Assembly (NCBI GenBank): GCA_040754655.1 | Contig: JBFMCE010000059.1 | Coordinates: 1 to 24,484, forward strand | Direction: 5' to 3' | Length of the DNA stretch: 24,484 nt | Source of the DNA: Bdellovibrionota bacterium | GTDB taxonomy: Bacteria > Bdellovibrionota > UBA1018 > UBA923 | Shown here: positions 1-7,858 of the stretch, in pieces | How the letters are laid out: every line of letters starts with the position of its first letter | How positions within the stretch are numbered: position 1 is the first letter of the stretch | Program-made: the position numbers and the translations under genes | Notes under the pieces: model-generated | The model's input: the letters and a program-made list of their open reading frames with translations, nothing else | What the model was told of the DNA's origin: nothing | The model's database searches: none

Positions 1-120
1 CCGGGCTTCTCTTAGCGGAACTGAAAACGGCCGAGCTTCTCTGGAGAAGCTATTCACTTTCCAAATGTGTTCTACTTCTCTAAGCAAACCCCTCAGAAAC
101 CAATAGAGCTGATTCATACG

Positions 121-192
121 ACACAAATTCAACACAATTGCGAGCGAGGAAACTTTCGGCAAAAAAACACCACACAAAAACCACACAATTGC
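121..192. repeat. Two 21-bp imperfect direct repeats (121-141, 172-192), each holding two ACACAA units 11 bp apart
   Basis: acacaaattcaacacaattgc vs acacaaaaaccacacaattgc, 18/21 identical; intergenic, upstream of the promoter at 258-286. Confidence 0.6.
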
Positions 193-257
193 ACGGGGAA
201 GCTGCGCTGCCCTCAGTCAGCAGAACCTCAACCAGACCCAGAATTCATACCACCACC

Positions 258-286
258 TTGCCATTCCTAAACAAGCCTCTTAAGGT
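258..286 (+). promoter_or_regulatory. Putative sigma70 promoter of the EEP gene
   Basis: TTGCCA-N17-TAAGGT, followed by a purine-rich RBS (gagggaggg) before ATG 327. Confidence 0.55.
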
Positions 287-326
287 GCGGGGCCAGAGAA
301 GCGGGGTTTGAGGGAGGGAACTTCTC

Positions 327-1271
327 ATGAAGAGACTCATCGCTGTGCTCTACAGCCTACTGCTATTAGGGCTTTCAAGCCAACTCACAGCTGCATCGAC
401 GTCTTTGCCTGAAACGATACCGGCCGACCCTGAAAACACGCAAAGCAATTTTAAGGCGACGCCAGCCTCTCACTGCCTGAGTGTAGCCACTCAGAATCTT
501 TGGCACGACAACTTCGAATACGAAAAACGAGCGCAAACTTTGCGCAGAGAACTTGAAAAAGGACCGCTCGCCGACATCGTCGCATTTCAAGAAGCTTGGA
601 TATGGCACACTGGCGATAGCCTCTTCACTGATTTCATCGCATGGTCAGGATACCAGCCGTTTTTTCGCCAAACGATTTCTAGAGAACGTTTCACCGAAGG
701 CATTGCACTGGCTTCTCAAGCTGCACCCACACGCTTGATGGCGGAAACGCTTCCACACAACACCGTCGTCGGAAAGCGCGTGATCCTCGGAGCCCGCTAC
801 CGCATTCGCGGCATCACTATAAGGGTGTTCAACGTCCACTTCATGCCAGGTCCTGAGCCGCTTGAATTCATCAGAAAAGACCAAATGCAAACGCTACTCG
901 ATAGAACCAAACCCTTCATCGCTAAAGAACCTGTGATCGTTCTTGGTGATTTCAATGCTACCCCTGGCTCGAAAACGATCGCCGAAATGAAAGCCGCAGG
1001 CTTTGAAGACGTCTTTGGCAACACCAGCATCATCACCTACGACAAGGCCAATCCCTACAATTGGTGGTCGGTATCAAAACGCCTCGACTACATCTTTTTC
1101 AACAAAGCCTTTCTTAGCGTGAAAAACGCCAACCTGATTTTCAAAGAGAATCTCATCTCTGACCACTATGGCATTCGCGCTGAATTGTGTTTGAAGAGGA
1201 ATCGCCCCGCCGGCGCGCGGATCGAAGCATGGAAACCTTTACCTATGAGAATCAATGCAGCGAGAAATTGA
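327..1271 (+). CDS. Secreted endonuclease/exonuclease/phosphatase (EEP) family protein
   Basis: Signal peptide; EEP motifs TQN, FQE, NVH, LGDFN, RLDYIF and SDH in canonical order. Confidence 0.9.
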   Translation: MKRLIAVLYSLLLLGLSSQLTAASTSLPETIPADPENTQSNFKATPASHCLSVATQNLWHDNFEYEKRAQTLRRELEKGPLADIVAFQEAWIWHTGDSLFTDFIAWSGYQPFFRQTISRERFTEGIALASQAAPTRLMAETLPHNTVVGKRVILGARYRIRGITIRVFNVHFMPGPEPLEFIRKDQMQTLLDRTKPFIAKEPVIVLGDFNATPGSKTIAEMKAAGFEDVFGNTSIITYDKANPYNWWSVSKRLDYIFFNKAFLSVKNANLIFKENLISDHYGIRAELCLKRNRPAGARIEAWKPLPMRINAARN

Positions 1272-1292
1272 ACATAGTGTGTATACTCCCCA

Positions 1293-1301
1293 TGATATTA
1301 T
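1293..1301 (+). promoter_or_regulatory. Extended -10 element (TGaTATTAT) 6 nt before ATG 1308; leaderless-type start
   Basis: TGn-TAnnnT match; no SD between it and the ATG. Confidence 0.5.
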
Positions 1302-1307
1302 AAGAAA

Positions 1308-1940
1308 ATGACCCGGCTCTACGCTGCCTATTGTTTTTTAATACTTATTGGGGCGCCTAAATTTGCTTTTGCGGAATACGATGGTTTGAAACGCGCGCTA
1401 TTCAAATGTACTGAGGAACGCAATTGGATGGAAACCCATTGCGAGTTTCGCAGCTTTATTCATCTTCAAGAACAAAAGCCTATATATTCATCAACATCAG
1501 TTACAGAAAAACTAGCCGCTAGTGCACTGATTTTCGGACAAAAAGCTGTTTGTGCATTGTCTCCGACAGACCCTGGAACATGCCAGAATCGTGTCGAGGG
1601 TCAATTTAAACACAATTATCTAGCCTTCAGATTAAAAAAAATACAAACGGAAAAGAAACTCTCTGAATGCCAGTCTGCATGCTTGGCAATCTGTGTGTCG
1701 AGCTTACTCATAAACTTCGTTGAATTTACACCGTGGTTTACTGATCCTGATTACGTTTTTTTTTCCGAAAAAGGAAGGTGCACCGATTATAGTCGAGTTG
1801 CAGTAGCCCTTTTTGAAGCCCTTGGTCTTGAAGGAGCCATCGAAATGAACAGCATCCACTCATTTGTTCGAGTTAAAGTTAAAGACAAGTGGTACTATGC
1901 TGAGCCTCAGGATAGTTCCTGTATATTTTATGGTGACTAA
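1308..1940 (+). CDS. Secreted transglutaminase-like / papain-fold cysteine protease domain protein
   Basis: Signal peptide ending AFA; C-terminal G-R-C-T-D-Y...LFEALGL...H-S-F-V...W-Y-Y-A-E-P-Q matches the transglutaminase-like core. Visibly more AT-rich than its flanks. Confidence 0.7.
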   Translation: MTRLYAAYCFLILIGAPKFAFAEYDGLKRALFKCTEERNWMETHCEFRSFIHLQEQKPIYSSTSVTEKLAASALIFGQKAVCALSPTDPGTCQNRVEGQFKHNYLAFRLKKIQTEKKLSECQSACLAICVSSLLINFVEFTPWFTDPDYVFFSEKGRCTDYSRVAVALFEALGLEGAIEMNSIHSFVRVKVKDKWYYAEPQDSSCIFYGD

Positions 1941-2046
1941 TTAAGTTGGAGACCACAGTAATAAGCTTGGCCAACATCTTGCCACCCGTGTAACGCTACG
2001 GAGCCAGGCACCTCGCGCCATCGCGCAAAAGAACGCGCGCCCCACC

Positions 2047-2469
2047 TCACTCGTCTCCACGCACTCGAGAACGGTCTCGTTTTTTTTCGCCATGCCGGCG
2101 CTTTCGCACCTTTCGTTTTTCTTTAGCAGTGCGGCTGGGCCTCGTTTTTTTGCGAGGTTTTGGAGGATGGGCCACTTCTAAAAGCATCAGCCTAAGCTTG
2201 TCCAGACAGTCTTCTCTATTGCGACCCTGGTCGCGGAAACGATCGCTCATGATCACAATCGCGCCGTCTTTGTTCAACCGAGAATAAAACCGAGACAAAA
2301 ATCGCGCTCGAACGCCCTCGCTCAGCGAACCGCTCAATACAGGGTTCCAGTGCAACACAGCCTTGCTGTTCACTTTATTGACGTTCTGCCCGCCTGGCCC
2401 CGAACTGCGCGCGTACGCAATCTCAAGCTCGGCGTCTGCAATTTGAATGTCGGCAGTCACAAACAACAT
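2047..2469 (-). CDS. arfB: Alternative ribosome rescue aminoacyl-tRNA hydrolase ArfB (YaeJ)
   Basis: RSSGPGGQNVNKV GGQ motif, RDQxxNRxxC segment, and a basic C-terminal tail (PKPRKKTRPSRTAKEKR). Confidence 0.95.
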   Translation of the reverse strand: MLFVTADIQIADAELEIAYARSSGPGGQNVNKVNSKAVLHWNPVLSGSLSEGVRARFLSRFYSRLNKDGAIVIMSDRFRDQGRNREDCLDKLRLMLLEVAHPPKPRKKTRPSRTAKEKRKVRKRRHGEKKRDRSRVRGDE

Positions 2470-2487
2470 GGTATAGAGCCTTTCACA

Positions 2488-2853
2488 ATGAGCTCAAAAG
2501 ACACGAAACTCGTTTATTCCACTGACCCAAAGCTTAACCAGCGCTGCCCGAAGTGCAAAGAACTTGTGTCAGAGTGCGCTTGCCCACCGCAGGTTCACGT
2601 CAAAGACTACAAGTTTGTCGCGGTTCTTCGAATTGAAAAATCAGGGCGCGCCGGAAAAACCGTGACAGTGATCGATCAACTGCCCAAATCAGAGATCTTC
2701 TTGAAAGAACTCACGACCAAACTCAAGAAAAAGTGCGGATCAGGCGGCACCTACCTCATGGATGGGAAAGAGGGCGTGATTGAGATTCAAGGAGATAAAC
2801 GCGAGTTGATTCGCGACTTGCTTGCAAAAGAGGGCATCCGCTCAAAAGGTTAA
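2488..2853 (+). CDS. yciH: Translation initiation factor SUI1/eIF1 homolog YciH (start reassigned from 2350 to 2488; 121 aa)
   Basis: LVYSTD start motif, CxxC-x6-CxC, EKSGRAGKTVTVI, LKKKCGSGGT, IEIQGDKR. The upstream extension would overlap arfB. Confidence 0.92.
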   Translation: MSSKDTKLVYSTDPKLNQRCPKCKELVSECACPPQVHVKDYKFVAVLRIEKSGRAGKTVTVIDQLPKSEIFLKELTTKLKKKCGSGGTYLMDGKEGVIEIQGDKRELIRDLLAKEGIRSKG

Positions 2854-2915
2854 AAACTTATGATAGAACTGAAGCCCCTCGCTTTTCAAAACGCCCTGTA
2901 GTAGGTGAACACGCC

Positions 2916-3530
2916 ATGGAACCTTTGAAGTCGACTAAAGACCAGTCTCTTTTTGTACAAGCGGCCCTTGCACTAGACTCTGATTTTGCAGAGCTCGAAC
3001 GGCTCAGCGGCCAGCTTGAACGTCTTCCAATTGAGTCCGATAGCGGCCTCGAGCAGGCACGCAAGGCGCTGACAAGATTTAGTGAATGCGGCAGCCGCAT
3101 CGGCGAAGGCGTCAAGATACTCGCTAAAGAACTCGAAGACTCGCGCTCTCGAGCGGAAAGAGCGGCTCAGATCGTGTCAGAAAGAGCAGTGGCTATTCAG
3201 AAACGTTTTGAACAAACCGAACAAATGCTCGCAAGGTTTCGTTCGCTTGGTGAGATGGCAGGCAAAATCAATGCTGCCGTTGTTCAGCTCCAAAAGCCGA
3301 CCCAAAGCGGCGAACTTAGCGCTGAAGAAAAGGCCCTTTTAGCCAAACACATGCCTGAGATTGACTCAAACCTCGCCATTCTTCTCGACGAAACTCGCAA
3401 GCTTAGGGAAGATGCGGGTGCAGTCAACATGAAAGCGCTTGAACGTGAAGCAGATTCGATGGCTCAGTCGCTGCAGTCCGTCCGTCAAAAGCTCAGTTCA
3501 ATGAATCCTAGGCCGCATCTCGTGAATTAA
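2916..3530 (+). CDS. Hypothetical all-alpha coiled-coil protein
   Basis: 204-aa ORF, heptad-rich (L/A/E/K/Q/R), SD-like aggtga upstream; no recognised family. Confidence 0.75.
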   Translation: MEPLKSTKDQSLFVQAALALDSDFAELERLSGQLERLPIESDSGLEQARKALTRFSECGSRIGEGVKILAKELEDSRSRAERAAQIVSERAVAIQKRFEQTEQMLARFRSLGEMAGKINAAVVQLQKPTQSGELSAEEKALLAKHMPEIDSNLAILLDETRKLREDAGAVNMKALEREADSMAQSLQSVRQKLSSMNPRPHLVN

Positions 3531-3573
3531 AACTGGGAAACAAGAACCCGGCAATCGTCCCACCACATTCGCG

Positions 3574-3595
3574 CTTGCACGAGCGGCAAGTTTTT
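3574..3595 (+). terminator. Weak candidate intrinsic terminator
   Basis: CTTGC-N7-GCAAG stem followed by TTTTT, downstream of the stop at 3530. Confidence 0.3.
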
Positions 3596-3657
3596 CCTCA
3601 TTCTCATATCTCGTAGACACTCGCGACGCTCTGCGAACATACTTAAATAAAGCACAT

Positions 3658-4704
3658 ATGAAGAATGCCGCTGATCCAAGACTCTTGGGCTATACCGAGC
3701 TGCCCGTTGAAAGGCTGCACGTAAACCAAAGGCTACCCTTTGAGGTTTTTGTCTATATGCCCAGCGAAGGCAAGGTGTTGCTCTTTCTCGAGCCTAACCT
3801 GGTGCTTGAACATTCCAAGTACAAGCAAATGCAAGCGTCTCCGCGTAGATTCCTCATCAAAGAGAGCGACATCAATAAACTCAAAGCTTATCTTGCCACA
3901 CCAGAGCATACCTTGATCGAGTCTTTGAATACCGCATTCGATAGACCTCACAAAGTTGATGCAATGCTGAAACGGGAGCTGCAACTCAAGAGCGCCGAAG
4001 TGGTGTTTCGCAGCCTTCAGTTCACGCCTGATCCTTCAAGCTCGTTTGATGCGATCGAGCAGTTCGATCAACACCTTCATTACGTTGTAGACGAACTCTT
4101 GGCGCTGCTCGATGTCGATACGTCGCTTGCTGACAAAATGCAGGCGATTCAAAAGATGCTCGAAACCGACCATTGGAACCACTCATTAAACGTCGCGGCA
4201 TTCGCGCCTCTTTTTGCGATCGCTCTGGGTTATTCGAATCGAAAGGTGCTGCACGATATTTCAACCGCGGGATACCTGCACGATGTGGGCATCGTATATT
4301 GCAATGTCTCGTTGCCAAAACGCGAGCTCAATTACACTCCGTCTGAGCTTCGACGTTACCATGATCACCCGGAAGCCGGACGCGCCTTGATCGCCAACAG
4401 CGGCATCTCGGTGTCTGAAGAAGTCAAACGGATCATCGCGCAACACGAAGAACGTTTTGATGGCTCAGGTTTTCCGCTGAAAATCTCGGGCGTCGAAATC
4501 TACGAGCCCGCGCAGATCGTGGCAATCGCCGATCGCGTAGACCAGCTCGTGCGCACCGATGAACCAGGCTACCTCACCGTTGATCAAGCTCTCTTGAGTT
4601 TGTATAAAGAAGCCCTGAAGAAGCCCCAACGCTGCCCTTACAATCCTGCCTTGCTCAAACAAATCGTAGGCGCCGGCGTCGCCGCCGGCATCATTCGCCA
4701 GTAA
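3658..4704 (+). CDS. HD-GYP-like metal-dependent phosphohydrolase (non-canonical)
   Basis: HSLNVA, LHDVG, HPEAG, QHEERFDGSGFP and IVAIAD motifs. Confidence 0.85.
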   Translation: MKNAADPRLLGYTELPVERLHVNQRLPFEVFVYMPSEGKVLLFLEPNLVLEHSKYKQMQASPRRFLIKESDINKLKAYLATPEHTLIESLNTAFDRPHKVDAMLKRELQLKSAEVVFRSLQFTPDPSSSFDAIEQFDQHLHYVVDELLALLDVDTSLADKMQAIQKMLETDHWNHSLNVAAFAPLFAIALGYSNRKVLHDISTAGYLHDVGIVYCNVSLPKRELNYTPSELRRYHDHPEAGRALIANSGISVSEEVKRIIAQHEERFDGSGFPLKISGVEIYEPAQIVAIADRVDQLVRTDEPGYLTVDQALLSLYKEALKKPQRCPYNPALLKQIVGAGVAAGIIRQ

Positions 4705-4716
4705 CGCCACGCAATA

Positions 4717-4732
4717 TGGCAGCTCGTTTGCA
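4717..4732 (+). promoter_or_regulatory. Sigma54 (-24/-12) promoter
   Basis: TGGCAGCTCGTTTGCA: GG-N10-GC with TGGCA/TTGCA flanks, in the short intergenic gap before ATG 4747. Confidence 0.7.
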
Positions 4733-4746
4733 ATGCGAGCAGCAAT

Positions 4747-5418
4747 ATGAAGCACAGCTTACTTTTTGTTCTTCTCATGTCTGTAGCGGTCGTCTCATGC
4801 GGGAAAAAGAAAAAAGCGAGCTCAAACAGTTATGAATTCGAGCCTGAGCACACGCTTTATAAGGTTCATTGCGTTACCGAACCCACTCCTTCGCCTTCTC
4901 CTCGAGCAGCGCCAAACTCTGTGGCAGACCCAGATCTGCCCGAGAGCCTGCCAGAGATTCGAATTCCCATTGAAGTCGAACAGTGTTCCGGCCTCGGAGG
5001 CGTTCCTCATTTCAACAACAAAGAAATGCCTGGGCTCATTGCGATCGTAGATTGCAATTCAAGAGCAGTGCGATTTAAAACGCGTGATTATCGGGTCAAT
5101 GAAGTGACCGCCATAGGCCCTACCGGCGAGTTCCATGCGCGCGTGATGTACATGAATCGCCTGGCAGTCGACTCGCAGGGCAATGCAAATTGTTGGACAA
5201 GGCTTTTGGGTGATCTTTCGGGCCGGGTTTCTTGTCCTGGGGATCCCGCTGGCGCCCGCATGGATCTTGAGGCTCGTTGGTCTTTTGACGAAACGCCCCC
5301 AGAAGTCATGGAGCCGCCAACGCCAGGACAAGCTGATTTTCGCAACGGAAAACATTGCGAACTTCTGCCAGGAAACTGCTCCTTCGTGAACCGCGCATCG
5401 ATAGGATGCGGTGGCTAG
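4747..5418 (+). CDS. Hypothetical lipoprotein, Pro-rich linker, multiple Cys
   Basis: Lipoprotein signal MKHSLLFVLLMSVAVVS-C, followed by GKKKK, TPSPSP linker and a beta-rich Cys-containing body. Confidence 0.8.
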   Translation: MKHSLLFVLLMSVAVVSCGKKKKASSNSYEFEPEHTLYKVHCVTEPTPSPSPRAAPNSVADPDLPESLPEIRIPIEVEQCSGLGGVPHFNNKEMPGLIAIVDCNSRAVRFKTRDYRVNEVTAIGPTGEFHARVMYMNRLAVDSQGNANCWTRLLGDLSGRVSCPGDPAGARMDLEARWSFDETPPEVMEPPTPGQADFRNGKHCELLPGNCSFVNRASIGCGG

Positions 5419-5462
5419 TAGATCCGTTAAAACATAACTCAAGCAAGCGTAGCGTATGTAGA

Positions 5463-5500
5463 CACAAAAAAGCCCTGGGTAAAACCAGGGCTTTTTTGTG
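5463..5500. terminator. Bidirectional intrinsic terminator
   Basis: Perfect 16-bp inverted repeat CACAAAAAAGCCCTGG/CCAGGGCTTTTTTGTG with 6-nt loop; T-tracts on both strands; between convergent genes. Confidence 0.92.
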
Positions 5501-5501
5501 G

Positions 5502-5630
5502 TTGATTGCGCTTGCAGCTTCGAGGCACAAGGAAGGCGGGCGATGCCCGACCAAAGCGACCATAAAAGGTCGCTGCGGGAGCGGCTGAGTACGCCTGACG
5601 CCGTATGATCAAAAAAGAACGAGCAATTAA
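5502..5630. repeat. Structured intergenic element (REP/MITE-like or structured 3' UTR of citrate synthase)
   Basis: Hairpins at 5537-5549 and 5555-5574, AGGCG/CGCCT complementarity (5534-5538/5592-5596), and imperfect terminal inverted repeats (8/10). Confidence 0.4.
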
Positions 5631-6769
5631 CGTTTTTCGATGGAGGTTGATTTCTGGTCTAACTTCCCCACATACCTGCCCCTCGGGCGATAAATGCGGT
5701 TGTTGGAATACTGCTCAAGAATGTGCGCGATCCAGCCACTCACTCGGCTTACCGCGAAAATTGGCGTAAAAAGATCGATCGGAATTCCCATGCAGTAATA
5801 AACCGTGGCCGAATAGAAATCGACATTCGGCATGAGCTCTTTCTTCTCTTGCATGATGTCGTCGATCTTGATCGACATCTCGTAGAAATGCCTCTGCCCC
5901 GTCTTTGTCGTGAGTTCTTCGCTCATTTTGCGCAAGATCCGCGCCCTAGGATCGCCATTCTTGTAAACACGATGGCCGATTCCCATGACCTTCTCTTTGC
6001 TATCAAGCGCATCTTGAATGAACTTCTCTGCGCCCTCAAGCGTGCCAATGCGCAACAACATCTTCATCACTTGTTCATTGGCACCGCCATGCAAAGGACC
6101 TTTGAGCGTGCCGATCGCAGAAGTGATCGCAGAATGCATGTCAGACAAGCTGGAAGTGGTGACTCGAGCAGAGAACGCCGAACAATTGAGCTCGTGGTCG
6201 GCATGTAAAATCAGACAAGTGTCAAAAGCCTTGGCGATCTTCTCATCAGGCTTTTCGCCTTTAAGAAGATACATGAAGTTCCAAGCCACGCCTTTTGAGG
6301 TATCAGGCTTTAAAATCTCTTTTCCTTCGCGTAAACGGTGGAAGCCTGCCACTAGAGCGCCCATGATTCCGGTCAGGCGCATGGCTTTTCGGTGGTTCGC
6401 AGCCTCCTCAATGTCTTTGGCATCCGCATCATACATCGCAAGGCTTGAAGTGATGGTACGGAGAAAATCCATGGGTACCGCGTTTTTCACAGGCAATTGT
6501 TTCATCAAAGAAATGGTCTCAGGCTTGAGCGCCATGTTTGAAACCAGTTCTACACGCAGCTTTTCAAGCTCTTCTTTTTTGGGAAGCCTGTCATTCCACA
6601 ACAAGAAAACCACCTCTTCAAAGGAAGAGTGCTCAGCTAGATCTTCGATCGTATAGCCGCGGTACGTTAAAGTTGCGCCTATAATCGAGCTGACGCGAGT
6701 TGAACAAGCGACAACCCCTTCAAGGCCCTTATCGATCGCACCATCATACTCTTTCACTCCCGCTGCCAT
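5627..6769 (-). CDS. gltA: Citrate synthase, short type / 2-methylcitrate synthase family (start reassigned to ATG 6769; 380 aa)
   Basis: GLEGVV, HADHELN, GPLHGGAN, GIGHRVYK and PNVDFYS motifs; AAGGAG SD before 6769. PrpC-type specificity is not excluded. Confidence 0.9.
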   Translation of the reverse strand: MAAGVKEYDGAIDKGLEGVVACSTRVSSIIGATLTYRGYTIEDLAEHSSFEEVVFLLWNDRLPKKEELEKLRVELVSNMALKPETISLMKQLPVKNAVPMDFLRTITSSLAMYDADAKDIEEAANHRKAMRLTGIMGALVAGFHRLREGKEILKPDTSKGVAWNFMYLLKGEKPDEKIAKAFDTCLILHADHELNCSAFSARVTTSSLSDMHSAITSAIGTLKGPLHGGANEQVMKMLLRIGTLEGAEKFIQDALDSKEKVMGIGHRVYKNGDPRARILRKMSEELTTKTGQRHFYEMSIKIDDIMQEKKELMPNVDFYSATVYYCMGIPIDLFTPIFAVSRVSGWIAHILEQYSNNRIYRPRGRYVGKLDQKSTSIEKR

Positions 6770-6797
6770 ACGAATGCTCCTTTTGTTGTATCCTTTG

Positions 6798-6826
6798 AAA
6801 TTAAGAGGCGCCTGCTTGGTTGTCAA
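6798..6826 (-). promoter_or_regulatory. Sigma70 promoter of citrate synthase
   Basis: TTGACA-N17-TAATTT on the minus strand; the ORF-track TTG start at 6826 is part of this -35 box. Confidence 0.75.
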
Positions 6827-6884
6827 TGAGAACCCAAAAACAGTCGCTTGGGCCCTCTAGCCAGTCTGGTTTAAAGCGTTTAAG

Positions 6885-7850
6885 GTGGAAACGGTGCAAC
6901 CAAACCAAGCCAACGAACAGCTATTTCGCCCGTTTTCGAGCCCAAAGCGACCCAAGATCTGGCGTAGACTAGGTCTTGCAAGCCTTGTCGTCTTGGTTTT
7001 GCACGTCTTTTTCTTCAGTGTCGTCGCTCCTTACCTGAAACTTGAAAGTGACCGCGGACAACGCACGGAAGTCGTCCAAATCACCCCTCAAGAACTCGCT
7101 CGGCTTAAGAAAAAAATCCTCAATGATAAATACCTTAGTCCATTGCTTGAACAAGAACTGCGAAAAGAATTTCAAACAAAAGAACCCCCTAAAGACGCTC
7201 GCATGATGGCTCCGTTCAACCAAACGGTACCTCGCGAGAAAGTCGCAGGACCTCAACCCGATGCTCCGTTAAAGGGGGGCGGCACACCGAAAGCCCAGCA
7301 ACAGCCTCAGCAAAAACTAGACCTCTCTAAGCTAGGTTTAGGCTCAAAACTACCGCCGCCGCCAAAGCCGCAAACTTATGCTGGCCCCGAAGGTCCGCCG
7401 TCACCCCACCGCCCCGTGGGTCGTGATGACAAAAGCCTTGAACGCGCCGATGAGAACATGCTCAACGCCATTGAGAGTGAATACTATTCGTTCTTTTCTC
7501 GCTTGGAAGAGCCGATCATCCGCAATTGGTATTTCTTGCTGCGCTCAAACGACCACAAGATCAGGGAAGAAATGGTTGCGCGCAAAGTACGCGCCGGATC
7601 TGAGCTGCCGGTCACGATAGAGTTCGTGTTAGATCGAGAGGGTAATTTCAAGTCGATCGATGTGATCGAGAGTTCCGGGGTTCCAAGCCTTGACTGGGCC
7701 ACGCGAGAATCGGTGCGAAAGCTAGGCTCGCTTCCAAATCCGCCGCCCGGGCTTTTTGAGGGCGGGCAGTATTTTACGCGAAGATTGAAATTCATGGTGC
7801 ACGTGAGCGAGGCGCCCTTTATCAATGCGCGGCCTGATATTTATTGGTGA
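6885..7850 (+). CDS. TonB/TolA C-terminal domain protein (energy transducer-like)
   Basis: N-terminal TM helix with His (LVVLVLHVFFF), Pro/Gln-rich linker, C-terminal VTIEFVLDREG...SSGVPSLD...LPNPP. Confidence 0.8.
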   Translation: METVQPNQANEQLFRPFSSPKRPKIWRRLGLASLVVLVLHVFFFSVVAPYLKLESDRGQRTEVVQITPQELARLKKKILNDKYLSPLLEQELRKEFQTKEPPKDARMMAPFNQTVPREKVAGPQPDAPLKGGGTPKAQQQPQQKLDLSKLGLGSKLPPPPKPQTYAGPEGPPSPHRPVGRDDKSLERADENMLNAIESEYYSFFSRLEEPIIRNWYFLLRSNDHKIREEMVARKVRAGSELPVTIEFVLDREGNFKSIDVIESSGVPSLDWATRESVRKLGSLPNPPPGLFEGGQYFTRRLKFMVHVSEAPFINARPDIYW

Positions 7851-7858
7851 CGTGAGCG

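Noticed and set aside
1..106. Possible 3' end of an upstream gene and hairpin AGCTTCT/AGAAGCT (34-51)
   Set aside because: Two + frames stay open to 83 and 106 but neither is recognisable; the hairpin lacks a clear U-tract.
67..270. 67-aa ORF
   Set aside because: Low-complexity translation, no RBS, and it overlies the direct repeats and promoter; probably non-coding.
2350..2487. N-terminal extension of yciH in the ORF track
   Set aside because: Antisense overlap with arfB; family similarity begins at Met 2488.
5530..5605. Hammerhead ribozyme or riboswitch reading of the CTGA-containing structure
   Set aside because: No CUGANGA plus GAAA core, and the location is 3' of both flanking genes.
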